This document shows, in pieces, positions 39,372 to 49,099 of a stretch of 64,000 nt of DNA (positions are counted from its first letter, which is position 1; the number at the start of each line of letters is the position of its first letter). Origin of the DNA: a bacterium (GTDB lineage Bacteria > UBA8248); NCBI GenBank assembly GCA_965219955.1, contig OZ244799.1:1920001-1984000 (forward strand). The letters run 5' to 3'. The notes beneath the pieces were generated by a model, which saw only the letters and a program-made list of their open reading frames with translations, did not search any database and was not told the DNA's origin. The position numbers were made by a program, and so were the translations under genes.

Positions 39372-40744
39372 TATATGGACGCCCACGAGAATGCAAGCGG
39401 TTTTTGGGGAGGGTTCGGCGCAAAGCGGTTCGGCTCAGTCGTATATCCGGCCTCTTCGTTGCGGCGCTTTACTCTGGCCGCGGGCCCGTATGGAGATAGG
39501 TGGACCGGGTCCAAATCGACCTGGTGAGCTCGGTGGCTCTGGACATATATCTGGTTTTCCCGGTCCCGTCTCGATGACCGTTTGCCCTTACCCTTCCTCC
39601 GGCCTGCTCACATTCCTCCCGGCTCTATCCGTGCGCCCGCCGCTCAGGCGAGGGGCGCCGGCTCCCTGTAGACATCCTTGTTCCGCATCAGCGCCCACGC
39701 GATGCGCGCCATCCGGTTCGCCAGCGCCACCGCCACCACCTTCCTCGGCTTGCGCGCCAGCATCCGCGCCAGCCACGGACACGGCGGCTTCCGGCGACGC
39801 CCCGCCCAGCGTATCTCCGACATCGCGCCCGATATCAACAGACGCCTCACGTCGCGCTGGCCCATCTTCGACATGCCCCCCAGACGGGGCTTGCCCCCCG
39901 TGGAGTGCTGCCGGGGAACCAGACCCAGCCAGGCCGAGAAGTCACGGCCCCGACGGAAGTTCTCCACCGGCGGCGCGAACGCCCGGATCGCCGACGCCGT
40001 AATCGGACCAACACCCGGGATGCTCATCAGACGCCGCGCCTCCTCGTCCGCGTATGCGCTCGCCCGGAGCCGTCCGGTCAACTCCCGGACCTTCGCATCG
40101 AGGCCGCCAATCTGGGCGAGCAGAATCCCGCCCAACTCGCGGACCTCCTCGGGCAGGCCCGATTCCGCTCCCCGAACCGCCGCCGCCAGCCGTGTGAGGC
40201 CCACGGGCCCTTGCCGCTCGACGACCCCGAACTCCGCCAGGTGGCTGCGCAGCGCGTTGCGCGCCTGCGTGCGCTGACCCACCAGCAAATCCCGCGTGCG
40301 GTACTCCATCCCACACCCCTGCTGCGCTTCGCTCTTCACCGCCACGAAGCGCATCGTCGCCCGGGTGGCCGCCTCGCAAATGGCCTCCGCATCCGCCGCG
40401 TCGTTCTTGTGGCGCTTCACGTAGGGCTTCACGTAGACCGGCGGCATGAGCCGAACCTCATGGCCGAGCTTGCCGACCTCGCGCCCCCAGTAGTGCGCGC
40501 TCGCGCACGCCTCCATCGCCACCACGCATCGAGGCTGCGACGACAGAAACTCCAGCACCTTCGCCCGCGTCAGCTTCTTGCGGAACGCGACCCGCCCGTC
40601 CGCCCACGCGCCGTGGAGTTGAAAACTGTGTTTCGCCAAGTCGACCCCGATGATGTAGACTCCTCCCATGGTCGTCTCCTTCCGGGCGGTGTGTGACGTC
40701 GTCTCGCCACATTCTAATCCGCCGGAAGGAGGCGTCCACCCCAT
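39372..40744 (-). mobile_element. IS110 family, IS1111-type insertion sequence
   Basis: Subterminal inverted repeats tggacgcc/ggcgtcca; ends tatatggac...ccccat; TCG shared at both junctions; ~270-nt non-coding region downstream of the transposase. Confidence 0.9.
39644..40669 (-). CDS. IS110/IS1111 DEDD recombinase/transposase
   Basis: IGVDLAKHSFQ, MEACASAHYW, KNDAADAEAI, SIPGVGPITA, GLVPRQHSTGGK, VALANRMARIAW. Confidence 0.95.
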   Translation of the reverse strand: MGGVYIIGVDLAKHSFQLHGAWADGRVAFRKKLTRAKVLEFLSSQPRCVVAMEACASAHYWGREVGKLGHEVRLMPPVYVKPYVKRHKNDAADAEAICEAATRATMRFVAVKSEAQQGCGMEYRTRDLLVGQRTQARNALRSHLAEFGVVERQGPVGLTRLAAAVRGAESGLPEEVRELGGILLAQIGGLDAKVRELTGRLRASAYADEEARRLMSIPGVGPITASAIRAFAPPVENFRRGRDFSAWLGLVPRQHSTGGKPRLGGMSKMGQRDVRRLLISGAMSEIRWAGRRRKPPCPWLARMLARKPRKVVAVALANRMARIAWALMRNKDVYREPAPLA

Positions 40745-41666
40745 CGACCTCCAGGAAGAACGATTTGCGCCCCGGGGAATCGAGTAAGAGGTTCACATGC
40801 TTTCCGAGGGGAATCTCTTCCCCCGGGCGAATGAGCTCCGCAGGTTCGGCGTACTGCCGCACACACCACTCCGCACCCTCACGGAGGGCAGCGTCATCCG
40901 TCCCCTGGTCGGACACGACGACGAGCGACATCGCCGGATCAGGTCCATCGGCGAGGCCGAGTTCGTAGCGGCCGATATCGAGCGAATAGACTCCGGTCCA
41001 TTCGAACGGATACTCCGGCTCGAGGAAGGTGGGACGACGCTCGAGCACCTGGTCCAGGTCGAAGGCGCCGAGGTTGAGGACCGTGTCGACCGAGACGTTC
41101 GCCCGCTCGCTGCGCACGACGCGCGCCATTCGGTTCATGTCCCGGAGCCGGGCTTCGAGACTGTCGAGCGCCTCGCCGTTGACGAGGTCCGTCTTGTTGA
41201 GCACCAGGACGTCCGCGAACGCGATTTGCTCGGTGCTTTCGTCGCTTCGGCCGAGTTGTTGCTCGATGTGGGCTGCATCGACGAGCGTGACGATCCCGTC
41301 AAGCGCGAACTCCGCGCGAATCTCGTCGTCCATGAAGAAGGTCTGAGCGACCGGGCCGGGATCGGCGAGCCCTGTGGTCTCCACCAACACATAGTCGAAC
41401 TTGTCGCGGCGCTTCATGAGATTGCCGAGCACGCGAATCAGGTCTCCGCGCACCGTGCAACAGATGCAGCCGTTCGCCATCTCGAAGATCTCTTCGTCAG
41501 CGTTGATGACGAGCGCCTGATCGATGCCGACCTCCCCGTACTCGTTCTCGATCACGGCGATGCGCTTGCCGTGCTCTTCACTCAATATCCGGTTGAGCAG
41601 GGTCGTTTTGCCAGAGCCGAGGAAACCGGTGAGGATGGAAACAGGTACTTTTCGCGGCGTGTTCAT

Positions 41667-41915
41667 TTAGTTCTCCTGGAGCAGAGGTATGGGTATTGGA
41701 ATTTGGACGTCGAACGTCCGCGTGATGGCCCAATGGGCTCTCATGCAACGTCGCGCGAAGCTCTGGATAGATTTGAATCCGGCTCGACTCTCTCGCGGCT
41801 CACGCGGAGAGCCGGGCGCCCTGCAGGACGCGCGCATGTGAGATGCGGATGACCGAGAGGCGCCACGAGATGCCGGTGACCCTTTCGCCAAAACGGACGA
41901 GACAGTTGCGGTCAT
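41667..41915 (-). CDS. Small hypothetical protein, coupled to both neighbours
   Basis: ATGA overlap with upstream GTPase stop; TAA directly followed by the ATG of the next GTPase; no recognisable motif. Confidence 0.35.
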   Translation of the reverse strand: MTATVSSVLAKGSPASRGASRSSASHMRASCRAPGSPREPRESRAGFKSIQSFARRCMRAHWAITRTFDVQIPIPIPLLQEN

Positions 41916-43126
41916 GCCGGCTCCTCGTCCATGAGAAGCTCCGGAAACGGGTTCCGGAGCTCTGCCCAGGCCTTGCTGTCAGCGGAGGCGAGGCGCTCGT
42001 CGAGCAGGCACGCGTCGAGGCGGGCGCGTATCTCCGCCTCGTGCATCTGCTGGCCGATGAAGACGAGCTGCTGCGTGCGGTCGCCGAAGCGAGGATGCCA
42101 GTCCGGCTGCTGGTCAGGTCGCTGATCCTCGGGGTGCTCCCAGTGTTCGCGAGGCAAGGCCGCCCACCACATCCCGGCGGGGCTCACGTCGCTGACGCCG
42201 CCGGCCAGAGCCCACTCGTAGGCGATCCGATGGTCAGCGGCGACCCAGAAAAAGCCCTTCGAGCGGAGCACGCCGCTCCAGTTCTCGTCGTCGTGCAGGA
42301 ACGCCCACAGCTTCTCGGCGTCGAAGGGCTGCGGCGTCCGATAGGTGAAGCTCGAGATCCCGTATTCCTCGGTCTCCGGCGTGTGCTCACCCTGAAGCTC
42401 TCGAATCCAGCCAGCGGAGCTCTCCGCCTTCTCGTAGTCGAACAGGCCCGTGTCGAGCACGCATTCGAGCGGGACCTGTCCGCGCGTCGCCATGAGGATC
42501 TTCGCGCCGGGGTTGAGCGCTTTCACGATAGCCTCGACCTCGCGAGCCTGGTCGTTGCTCACGAGATCGATCTTGTTGAGCACGATGACGTCGGCGAACT
42601 CGATCTGGTCGATGAGCAGGTCGGTCACCGTCCGTTGATCTTCTTCGCCCAGCGACTCACCGCGGTCCTGGAGCGCTTCGGCGGCGTTGTAGTCCCTCAG
42701 GAAGCTCTCCGCGTCCACGATCGTGACCATCGTGTCGAGGCGCGAAACCTGACCCAGGCTCACACCGTTCTCGTCCTCGAAGGTGAAGGTCTGCGCGACG
42801 GGAATGGGCTCGGAGATCCCGGTGGACTCGATGAGCAGGTAGTCGAAGCGTCCCTCCTGCGCGAGTCGTGAGACCTCGGCGAGCAGGTCGTCTCGCAGCG
42901 TACAGCAGATGCAGCCGTTCGACATCTCGACCAGTTTCTCCTCGGTCCGCGAGAGTTCCGCACCGCCGCGCTCAACGAGCGCCGCGTCGATGTTGACCTC
43001 GCTCATATCGTTGACGATGACCGCGACGCGCATGCCCTCGCGGTTTTTGAGCACGTTGTTGAGAAGAGTGGTCTTGCCTGCGCCGAGAAAGCCGGACAGG
43101 ACAGTAACGGGAAGTCTCTCTGGCAT
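41912..43126 (-). CDS. COG0523 zinc metallochaperone GTPase (ZigA/YciC-like)
   Basis: [67 protein letters not shown]. Confidence 0.93.
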   Translation of the reverse strand: MPERLPVTVLSGFLGAGKTTLLNNVLKNREGMRVAVIVNDMSEVNIDAALVERGGAELSRTEEKLVEMSNGCICCTLRDDLLAEVSRLAQEGRFDYLLIESTGISEPIPVAQTFTFEDENGVSLGQVSRLDTMVTIVDAESFLRDYNAAEALQDRGESLGEEDQRTVTDLLIDQIEFADVIVLNKIDLVSNDQAREVEAIVKALNPGAKILMATRGQVPLECVLDTGLFDYEKAESSAGWIRELQGEHTPETEEYGISSFTYRTPQPFDAEKLWAFLHDDENWSGVLRSKGFFWVAADHRIAYEWALAGGVSDVSPAGMWWAALPREHWEHPEDQRPDQQPDWHPRFGDRTQQLVFIGQQMHEAEIRARLDACLLDERLASADSKAWAELRNPFPELLMDEEPA

Positions 43127-43146
43127 GGGCACTTTGGTTCCCTCAC

Positions 43147-43524
43147 TCAAAGGGTGATGACGAGGTCGGGCGCGGCGGGGGCGAGCGCGGCGTAGAACTG
43201 CGGGAAGCAGCCGGCGCCCACGCCGGCCACCAGGCCCTTCGCCTTGACGTCGCCGGAGCCGCACTGTTCGAACGTGCCCTCGGCGAGGTTGCGCCGCACG
43301 GCGCACTGATCGCAGACCATGAGGAGGATGTTCTGCTCCGCGGCGACCTTGGCCAGGCGCTCGCCCACCTCGTCGCCCTCGCGCAGGCAGAACAGGTTGT
43401 CGTCGAAGAAGAACATGCCGACGACGTTCACCCCGTGGTTGCCCGCTTCGAGTTGCGGGAGGATCATGGTGCCCAGCTTGTAGGTCGCCGACATGTCGGT
43501 GGCGAAAACGTATGCGATGTTCAT
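43147..43524 (-). CDS. DsrE-related protein, SaoD-like
   Basis: [24 protein letters not shown]...CDQCAVRR...GCFPQFY matches the remembered SaoD/DsrE pattern. Confidence 0.7.
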   Translation of the reverse strand: MNIAYVFATDMSATYKLGTMILPQLEAGNHGVNVVGMFFFDDNLFCLREGDEVGERLAKVAAEQNILLMVCDQCAVRRNLAEGTFEQCGSGDVKAKGLVAGVGAGCFPQFYAALAPAAPDLVITL

Positions 43525-43697
43525 CCTTCAGGTTCCTCCTGGATTGCGTCTTTCAAACGGTGGATGATGACTCTGCTACCCCTGTTTTTCAGCGAATACC
43601 ACGCCCGGCTTTGTGCGGCCGGGGCACACCTGCTGCCGCCCTGCGCCGAATTGCGGGGAACCTCCTTTCCGCAGGGTCCGCCCGTACCTGGCGCCGG

Positions 43698-44834
43698 CTA
43701 AAATTCGGCGGCCAACTGGACGGTGAAGTTGTCGGTGTGCTCGCCGCTTCCGCCTTCATCGGCGCCGTAGTCCGTATCACGCGCCCATTCGACGCCGAGT
43801 GAAAGCCCGTCCATCACCTCGGACGAAAGACCGATCAGCATTCGTTTTTTCGGCAACTCAAGCGCCAGCGCCTCATCCGTCGTCTGGTAGCTCGCGGCCA
43901 GCGTCGCCTCCTTGCCTGCCAGCTCGAACCCGTAGGCCACCTCGACCATCCAGGCAGAGGGTTTCGCGCCGTAGTCGCCGAACGCAACATAGTCCGCGCC
44001 GAACGTATCCATCGCTCCCAGATACTCGCCGAGCACCGAGATGCTTCCAATCGTCAGCATCGCGCTCGCCGAAATGCCCGCAACGCGGTCGTAGCCTTCC
44101 GCACCTTCGACCTCCAGACCGTCCGAATCACCCAGGTCGTTGGTGTAGGAGAGATTTAGCCCGAGCTCGAAGCTGTCCGTCTCGACCGAATAGCCCGCCG
44201 CGAAGCCGAAGCCCTGGATGAGGTTGTCGCCGTCTTCCATGTTGTCGCCCTTGAAGACGAATACCGACCCGCTCAGGGCGCCGGCCGAGCCGTCGAGTTG
44301 GAAGGCGGTCTGTCTCGTCTCGCCGATGTCGAGCGTCAGGGGATCGGAGATCAGGTTCGTCTCGAACACGCCGAAGGGGATGTAGAGTTGACCGCCCGTG
44401 AGGGACCATGCGCCCTCGGGCGGGCCGATCGTCACCGTCGCGGTATCCACGTCCACGGGACCTTCGCCCTGTTCCCAGAGGAGCACGACCTCTCCTTTCA
44501 CCCAGTCGCTCACCTCCACGCCTATGCCGAGTTCAACCGTGCCCACGGCCAAATCCGCTTCGGTATCTCCCTCGGGGGGTTTTGTCACGGTTCCTTCGAT
44601 TTCGATGGCGCCGCCAATCTCCACGGCTTCGAACCACTTGTCTCCACCGGTGAGTTTGGCTATTTGCTTGTCTTTCTCGACAATGACTTTATCCTGCGCG
44701 GAGACGCGCTCTTCCAACTGCCTGATGCGCTTTTCCATGTTGAGGAGGCGTTCCTCGACGGACTGTTGAGCCAGGGCGGGCGCGTTCCAGAAAAGCGCGG
44801 CCGCGGCGGCCAATAACAAAACTCTTGCTTTCAC
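43698..44834 (-). CDS. LbtU-like outer-membrane porin
   Basis: Signal peptide, coiled coil, GGQLYIPFGVFETNLISDPLTLDIGETR, EYLGA, KPSAWMVE, C-terminal QLAAEF. Confidence 0.75.
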   Translation of the reverse strand: MKARVLLLAAAAALFWNAPALAQQSVEERLLNMEKRIRQLEERVSAQDKVIVEKDKQIAKLTGGDKWFEAVEIGGAIEIEGTVTKPPEGDTEADLAVGTVELGIGVEVSDWVKGEVVLLWEQGEGPVDVDTATVTIGPPEGAWSLTGGQLYIPFGVFETNLISDPLTLDIGETRQTAFQLDGSAGALSGSVFVFKGDNMEDGDNLIQGFGFAAGYSVETDSFELGLNLSYTNDLGDSDGLEVEGAEGYDRVAGISASAMLTIGSISVLGEYLGAMDTFGADYVAFGDYGAKPSAWMVEVAYGFELAGKEATLAASYQTTDEALALELPKKRMLIGLSSEVMDGLSLGVEWARDTDYGADEGGSGEHTDNFTVQLAAEF

Positions 44835-45014
44835 CGATTTCTCCTTTCCCTTTCAGACTTCCCGTTCACGATGCGCCATGAAGCGCTGGAGCGGTTCGCT
44901 TGCTTGACCGACCACACAGGTCTCCGGACAGACTCCTGCCCCTGTCCGGCTACAGAACCTCCGAAACTCCCTCTCCCTTCGGTTCCGTACGCCGCTACGA
45001 AAATTGCGGGCGGC

Positions 45015-45064
45015 TCCCGGGGATATGCGAGGGGAATAGAGCGTGCTGGTTCATATCCCCGGGA
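45015..45064. other. Intercistronic stem-loop downstream of znuA
   Basis: Perfect 13-bp inverted repeat tcccggggatatg / catatccccggga. Confidence 0.5.
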
Positions 45065-45078
45065 AGCGCCGCCTCAAA

Positions 45079-46275
45079 TTATTTCCGCGAAAGACACGTA
45101 TTGAGAGATTTCGCCATGTTGCGCAGGAGGGTGAAATACGCGTCCTCACCGGCGGGAATATCCGCGCCCAGGGGGTCGAGCACGCCGGTTCCGGCGCCCG
45201 TTCCCTCCATGACGACCCTCACCAGTTTCGGCTGGAACTGCGGCTCGCTGAACACGCAGATCGATTTCGTATCCTTGATCTTCTTGCGAATCTCGACGAG
45301 GCGCGCCGCGCCCGGCTTTTTCTCGGGCGAGAGGGTCACCGAACCGATGGCGTTCAGCCCGTAGCGTTTCTCAAAGTATTGATACGCATCGTGAAAAACG
45401 ATGTAGGGCGCGCCTTTCAGAGGCGCGAGCGTGCCTTTCAATTCCTCATGCAGGGCGTCTAACCGGGTCATCAGCCTCTTTTCGTTCGCCTCGTATTTTG
45501 CCTTGTTCGCAGGGTCCGCCTCTTCGAGCTCATGCGTGATTTCATGCACCCACTTCTTGGCGTACATGGGGTCGAGCCAGGCGTGCTCGTCGAGACCGCC
45601 GTGATGATGCCCGTGATGACCCCCGGCCTTCTCGTCGTGATGATCATCCTTGGCTTTCTCGTGTTTATGATCATCGTGGTGATCGTCTTTTCCCTTGGCG
45701 TGTTTGTGATCATCGTCGTGATGGTCGTCTTTTTTGGCCTTGGCGTGTTTATGATCGTCGTGGTGGTCGGCGTCTTTGCCTTTTTCGTGCTTATGATCGT
45801 CGTGATGGTCGTCTTTTTTGGCCATGCCGTGCTTATGCTCATCGTGGTGGTCGCCTTTTTCGTCCTCACCGTGATGATCGTCGTGCCCTTCCCACAAGCC
45901 GCCTTCCCTGAGCTTCAACAGTTTCAGACCCTTTATCTCCGTCATGGCGACGACTTCCGCCCGTTTCGGCAGAACTTCGAGGGGCCGCTTGAGGCTCGGG
46001 GCGAGCAGCTCACCCACCCAGAAAATCACGCGCGCCCGCTCAATCTCTCTGGCGTCGGAGGGTTTGAGCGAAAACGTATGCGGCGAAGCGGCGCCTTTTA
46101 TCAGCAGATAAGGTTCGCCGATCCCCTTCATGACGCCCGAGACCAGCGCATGAAGCGGCTTGATGGAGGCCACCACCTTGGGCGCGGCCGATGCGGGGGC
46201 GGCCAGGCGCGCAATAAGCGTCATTGCCAGGGCCGCAGTGAACAACATATATTTCATGGATTCGCTCCTATTCAT
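45079..46275 (-). CDS. znuA: Zinc ABC transporter substrate-binding protein with long His-rich loop
   Basis: VVASIKPLH, ASPHTFSLKPSD, DEHAWLDP, FHDAYQYFE, CVFSEPQF, LDPLG. Confidence 0.95.
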   Translation of the reverse strand: MNRSESMKYMLFTAALAMTLIARLAAPASAAPKVVASIKPLHALVSGVMKGIGEPYLLIKGAASPHTFSLKPSDAREIERARVIFWVGELLAPSLKRPLEVLPKRAEVVAMTEIKGLKLLKLREGGLWEGHDDHHGEDEKGDHHDEHKHGMAKKDDHHDDHKHEKGKDADHHDDHKHAKAKKDDHHDDDHKHAKGKDDHHDDHKHEKAKDDHHDEKAGGHHGHHHGGLDEHAWLDPMYAKKWVHEITHELEEADPANKAKYEANEKRLMTRLDALHEELKGTLAPLKGAPYIVFHDAYQYFEKRYGLNAIGSVTLSPEKKPGAARLVEIRKKIKDTKSICVFSEPQFQPKLVRVVMEGTGAGTGVLDPLGADIPAGEDAYFTLLRNMAKSLNTCLSRK

Positions 46276-46322
46276 GAATTCTTTCCTTTCGGTGTGAAAT
46301 GGGATTGAAATAGTTTTCTATT

Positions 46323-46337
46323 TGTTATATTATAACA
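46323..46337. promoter_or_regulatory. Zur box between divergent znuA and zur-znuCB
   Basis: Perfect 7-1-7 palindrome TGTTATA-T-TATAACA, matching the proteobacterial Zur consensus core. Confidence 0.9.
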
Positions 46338-46366
46338 TTACTATTTTGCTCGTCAAGGAATTATGG

Positions 46367-46855
46367 ATGACATCGATGAAAAAGAATTTTCCCGGCAGGG
46401 ATCACGACCAAGGGGCCTGCGTCGAGAACGCCCTGGAACAGGCCGAAGCGCTTTGCAGGGAGCGCGGCGCGAGGCTCACGCCGCTCAGGAGGCGGGTGCT
46501 GGAGATCATCTGGGAGAGCCACGCGCCCCTGGGCGCCTATGACGTACTCCAGCGCATGAACGCGGAAGGGGGGCGAAACGCCCCGCCCACGGTCTACCGG
46601 GCGCTGGATTTCCTCTTGAAGCACGGCCTCATCCACCGCATCGAGAGTCAAAAGGCGTTCGTGGGCTGCGCCACACCGGAAAACGCCCACAAGGCGCAGT
46701 TCTTCATTTGCCGCGATTGCGGAAACGTGGCCGAGACGCACAGCGAGGAAATCGGCGAGGCCATCGAGGCAAGCGCCACCCGGGCCGGTTTTCTGGTGGA
46801 GACGCCCGTCATGGAAATCAGCGGCAGGTGCAAGGAGTGTCATGACGATGAATGA
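46367..46855 (+). CDS. zur: Zinc uptake regulator (Fur family)
   Basis: RLTPLRRRVLE, GAYDVL, PPTVYRALDFL, HRIES, CRDC and CKEC; located in the znu locus. Confidence 0.93.
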   Translation: MTSMKKNFPGRDHDQGACVENALEQAEALCRERGARLTPLRRRVLEIIWESHAPLGAYDVLQRMNAEGGRNAPPTVYRALDFLLKHGLIHRIESQKAFVGCATPENAHKAQFFICRDCGNVAETHSEEIGEAIEASATRAGFLVETPVMEISGRCKECHDDE

Positions 46856-47633
46856 CGCGCGGCGCTCTCTCGTCACCGCCGCGAACCTCCATCTCCGAAT
46901 CGGCGGAACGACGATACTCCACAATGTGGGCCTCGACATTTCGGCGGGTGAAATACTGACCCTCATCGGCCCGAACGGCGCGGGCAAGACCACGCTCGTC
47001 CGCGTGGTGCTCGGCCTGCTCAAGCCCGATTCGGGAGAAGTCCGCCGGAAAGAGGGACTCTCGGTCGGCTACCTGCCCCAGTCCTTCGAGGTGGACCACT
47101 CGCTACCGCTGACCGTACGCAGATTGCTGCGCCTCACGCAGAAGGCATCTACCGAGGAGATGGAGGAGGGCCTCGAGGAAGTCGGCGCCGGAGACCTGCT
47201 GGATCATCCCGTCCAGAGCCTCTCCGGCGGGGAGCGCCAGCGCGTGCTGCTGGCCCGCGCCCTGCTGCGCAACCCCGAACTGCTCGTTCTCGACGAACCC
47301 ATCCAGAACGTGGACGTCAACGGGCAGAGCGAACTCTACCGCCTGATCGCGAAGATCAGGGCAGACAGGGGCTGCGGCGTCATCCTGATCTCGCACGACC
47401 TCCACCTCGTCATGGCGTTCACCGACCGCGTGGTGTGCCTCAACAGGCACATCTGCTGCACGGGGCATCCCGAAGCCGTGAGCAAAAACCCCGAATACCT
47501 CGCCCTGTTCGGCAAGCATGCGGCCGAGAGCCTCGCCGTCTACACCCACAAGCACGACCACGTTCACGGCTCGGAAGGAGAAATACTTCCCAACGAAGTC
47601 GAAGAAACCCACCATCATCACGGAGGCGCGTGA
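46842..47633 (+). CDS. znuC: Zinc ABC transporter ATP-binding protein
   Basis: GPNGAGKTT, LSGGERQR, SHDLHLVM, CLNRHICCTGHP, His-rich tail. Confidence 0.94.
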   Translation: MTMNDARRSLVTAANLHLRIGGTTILHNVGLDISAGEILTLIGPNGAGKTTLVRVVLGLLKPDSGEVRRKEGLSVGYLPQSFEVDHSLPLTVRRLLRLTQKASTEEMEEGLEEVGAGDLLDHPVQSLSGGERQRVLLARALLRNPELLVLDEPIQNVDVNGQSELYRLIAKIRADRGCGVILISHDLHLVMAFTDRVVCLNRHICCTGHPEAVSKNPEYLALFGKHAAESLAVYTHKHDHVHGSEGEILPNEVEETHHHHGGA

Positions 47634-48427
47634 TGGAGGATTTCATGCTCAGGGGGCTCATGGGCGGGGTGGGCGTCGCCCTGGTGACGGGCCCGGTGGG
47701 TTGTTTCATCGTCTGGCGCAAGATGGCCTACTTTGGAAACTCCATGGCCCACACGGCGCTCCTCGGCGTGGCGATAGGCTTCGCCTTCGGGATCGACCTG
47801 CGGCTCGGCATCCTCATCTCCTGCATGAGCCTCACGATCATCCTGGTCTTTCTACAGAGCCGGAAAACACTCTCCACCGACACGCTGCTCGGCATCCTGG
47901 CCCACATGGCGCTTGCGGTGGGCTTCATCGCCGTCAGCGTGCTGGATACGCTCCGGGTGGACCTGATGGGCTATCTCTTCGGGGATATCCTGGCGGTCGG
48001 GGCGCTTGATTTGTGGTGGATATATCTCGGCGGGGCGGCGGCGCTGGGCGTGCTCGCGTGGCTGTGGCGGGGGCTTCTCGCCGTCACGGTGAACGAGGAA
48101 CTGGCGAGCGCCGAGGGGGTCCCGACCTTCCGCGTGAAACTCGTCTTCATGCTCCTGATCGCCTTCATCATCGCCGTCGCCATGAAGCTGATCGGGATTC
48201 TGCTCATCATCTCGATGCTCATCATACCGCCGGCGGCGGCGCGGCGTTTCTCCAAAACGCCCGAGCAGATGGCGGCGCTCGCCGTTCTGGCGGGGGTCGT
48301 CTCCGTCGCGGTCGGCCTCTGGGCCTCTTTGGAGTGGGACGCGCCCGCCGGGCCCTGTGTCGTCGTGGCGGCGTCGGCGCTGTTCCTCCTCAGCTACACA
48401 TGGGAAATGCTGACTGGCAGGGGATAG
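47633..48427 (+). CDS. znuB: Zinc ABC transporter permease
   Basis: GPVGCFIVWRKMAYFG, DTLLGILAH, DLMGYLFGDIL; TGATG overlap with znuC. Confidence 0.94.
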   Translation: MEDFMLRGLMGGVGVALVTGPVGCFIVWRKMAYFGNSMAHTALLGVAIGFAFGIDLRLGILISCMSLTIILVFLQSRKTLSTDTLLGILAHMALAVGFIAVSVLDTLRVDLMGYLFGDILAVGALDLWWIYLGGAAALGVLAWLWRGLLAVTVNEELASAEGVPTFRVKLVFMLLIAFIIAVAMKLIGILLIISMLIIPPAAARRFSKTPEQMAALAVLAGVVSVAVGLWASLEWDAPAGPCVVVAASALFLLSYTWEMLTGRG

Positions 48428-48599
48428 GGAATGCAGGTCTCTTGCTCATGGCGCACTCTGCTCGAGCGTGACGGACGACCCTGTCGCAACCCCGTAATGA
48501 CAAAAGCAATCAAACCCGAACCCGAACAAACCACTTTCCTTGCTATTATGCAAAAGCAAGGCATATTTATAATCAGCAAGGCAACGAGGAGATCGCAAG

Positions 48600-48836
48600 A
48601 TGTTCGAATCCACGATTACCTCGAAGGGCCGGACGACGCTGCCCAAGCCGGTGCGCGAAGCCCTCGGCGTGCGGCCGGGCGACCGCGTGCGTTATATCAT
48701 CACCGGCGATGAGGTGCGCATCATCCCGGTGCGGCCCCTCGCCCGGCTGTTCGGCGCGCTGAAAGGCACGGTGACGATCCCGAAGGATACGGACCTGACT
48801 TCACCCGCCGAAGCGGATTGGGACGCCGAGCGATAG
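48600..48836 (+). CDS. AbrB/MazE-family antitoxin, orphan paralog with a different C-terminus
   Basis: ESTITSKGRTTLPKPVREALGVRPGDRV; near-identical to 49656 copy over ~52 codons; no toxin gene downstream. Confidence 0.7.
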   Translation: MFESTITSKGRTTLPKPVREALGVRPGDRVRYIITGDEVRIIPVRPLARLFGALKGTVTIPKDTDLTSPAEADWDAER

Positions 48837-48839
48837 TCC

Positions 48840-49099
48840 TCGCCGCCTTCACATATCCTCAAGTCCCGTCTCTCGAACAACAGACCGTCATAAAGAAAAG
48901 CGCTGCGGATAACCTCGCAGTCGCGTTCGCTCACGCAGACGCGGCGCATCGTCGTGAACCATGAGGCGCGCACCGTATCGACGATACGCGAGAAGATGGC
49001 CCCGGCCTCATCCGCGCCGAGGAGAAAACTGCCCGCCGTCACGAACTCCGTCTCACCGGACAGGACGATTTTGACGAAGCACTCGCCCTCAGAAGTCAT
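48840..49099 (-). pseudogene. HipA-family toxin with large internal deletion
   Basis: N-term MTSEGECFVKIVLSGETEFVTAG joined directly to C-term FLL..EAGAIF...VSERDCEVIRSAFLY; kinase core absent; start overlaps the HTH antitoxin stop. Confidence 0.6.

Larger units (their letters stand above)
38945..41666 (-). pseudogene. COG0523/CobW-family GTPase interrupted by an IS110-family element
   Basis: N-part GFLGSGKTT, GCICCTVRGDL, ETTGLADP; C-part HEHDD, FRMKG, FQGVH, LVFIGR; removing 39372-40746 restores ...LEVDTQVRVALY... Confidence 0.9.
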
